Origin: Octopus sinensis
Lineage: Eukaryota
Length of the DNA stretch: 64,000 nt
Direction: 5' to 3'
NCBI RefSeq assembly: GCF_006345805.1
Contig: NC_043009.1
Span: 44,330,001 to 44,394,000 of the forward strand
Below the pieces are notes generated by a model. It did no database searches. It had not been told where the DNA came from and saw only the letters and a list, made by a program, of their open reading frames with translations. Shown piece by piece: positions 62,614 through 64,000 of the stretch. The position numbers and the translations under genes are program-made. Within the stretch, counting starts at the first letter, position 1. The number at the start of each line of letters is the position of its first letter.

Positions 62614-63392
62614 CGGGTGTGGAAGCAAGGGTTAGAATCAAAGGGCCTTAGAGTAAATGTAGCAAAGACCAAAGTTATAGTAAGCAGAAAGGCGAATTCA
62701 GCACACACACCCTCGGGCAGGTGGCCCTGCTCGATCTGTAGGAAAGGTGTAGGTAGAAACTCCATAAGATGCACCCAATGTAAGCTATGGACGCACAAGA
62801 GGTGCAGCAACATTAAAGGGAAATTAACAGATAAGATAGCTTTCATGTGCGGCAGATGCACAGGGACACCACAGACACTCAGAAAACAGATTCCATCACA
62901 CTCCAGGGAGAGAAACTAGAAGTAGTTGATTGTTTCTGCTACCTGGGTGACCAAGTTAGTAGTGGAGGTGGATGCACAGAGAGTATCACCACTAGAATAC
63001 GAATAGCCTGGGCAAAGTTCAGAAAGCTCCTACCCCTACTGGCGACAAAGGGTCTCTCCCTCAGAGCGAAAGGTAGATTGTATGATGCATGTGTGTGAAC
63101 TGCCATGCTTCACGGTAGTGAAACATGGGCTGTGACTGCAGAGGACATGCGTAGACTTGAAAGAAATGAAGCTAGCATGATCCGCTGGATGTGTAATGTC
63201 AGTGTGCACGCACGACAGAGTGTAAGCACCCTGAGAGAAATGCTGGATATAAGAAGCATCAGATGTGGTGTGCAAGAGCGACGCTTGCGATGGTATGGTC
63301 ATGTGCTGCGGATGGATAAGGAGAGATGTGTGAAGAAGTGCCACTCCCAAACAGTTGAAGGTATCAGGGGGAGAGGTAGACCCAGGAAGACA
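62614..63392 (+). mobile_element. RTE-clade LINE 3' fragment with a C4HC3 PHD finger
   Basis: WKQGLESKGLRVNVAKTKV, PHD at 62728-62859, FCYLGD..RI..AWAKFR..MLHGSETW..LRWYGHV..RGRGRPRKT; one frameshift near 62870, TGA at 63096; cut by a SINE at 63393. Confidence 0.9.
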
Positions 63393-63624
63393 CGGCGAGC
63401 TGGCAGAAACGTTAGTGCGCCAGGCGAAATGCTTAGCGGTATTTCGTCTGCTGTTACGTTCTGAGTTCAAATTCCGCCGAGGTCGACTTTGCCTTTCATC
63501 CTTTCGGGGTCGATTAAATAAGTACAGTTACGCACTGGGGTCGATATGATTGACTTAATCCGTTTGTCTGTCCTTGTTCGTCCTCTCTGTGTTTAGCCTC
63601 TTGTGGGTAGTAAAGAAATAGGTA
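63393..63624 (+). mobile_element. SINE family A, young copy abutting the RTE fragment
   Basis: ggcgagctggcagaaacgttag... with CpGs intact. Confidence 0.9.
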
Positions 63625-64000
63625 TCACAAGAGCCAGCCAGGCAGAAGCCTGCACCAGACTTCTGTAACTGTTTTGGCAGAACTTTTACAGCTGGATGCC
63701 CTTCCTAACACCAACCACTCAGCAGAGTGGAGTTAGTGCTTTTTACATGGCACAAGCACAGGCAAGGTCAGTTTTGGCAAGGTTTTTACAGCTGGACGCC
63801 CTTCCAAACACCAACCAATTTTAAGTGGCACCTGCACTGACGGGATCACCAAGTACTTGCAAAACAAAACAAAAAAACTCTTTTGAGAGGGGAGGGGGTC
63901 ATTGAAGGAGGTGACCTTGTGTTGGGTAATGAAAAGCTATAGTGAAGTAGATAAACAGAAACAGGTGTCTTGCTGTAGAGGAGGTACAAACAGATGTGCA

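Overview
Eukaryotic, AT-rich, extremely repeat-dense genomic DNA. The SINE/MITE repertoire and microsatellite load look like an Octopus (coleoid cephalopod) genome; this is recognition from sequence, not a database hit. Main contents: (1) five phase-compatible 3' exons (38620-51047, + strand) of a host gene encoding a Lys/Glu/Arg/Ser-rich C-terminus, identity unproven; (2) a young, nearly full-length CR1-clade LINE (about 9940-13464) with a partial ORF1, APE, RT, a 3' hairpin and a (TAAC)7 tail; (3) fossils of Dong/R4, HERO, RTE (one with a PHD finger), maT (DD37D), mariner, piggyBac and hAT elements, TTAA-flanked MITEs and dozens of tRNA-derived SINEs. The most notable signal is two short inverted-repeat cassettes in TA microsatellites (about 16510-16730 and 17070-17260). 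Each carries a complete type I hammerhead ribozyme fold (CUGANGA...GAAA...GUA) with an identical palindromic stem III but entirely different, self-complementary stems I and II. They look like Penelope-derived, retrozyme-like non-autonomous elements. Almost all ORFs in the supplied track are repeat or microsatellite artefacts. Repeat boundaries are approximate unless a TSD or TIR is quoted.
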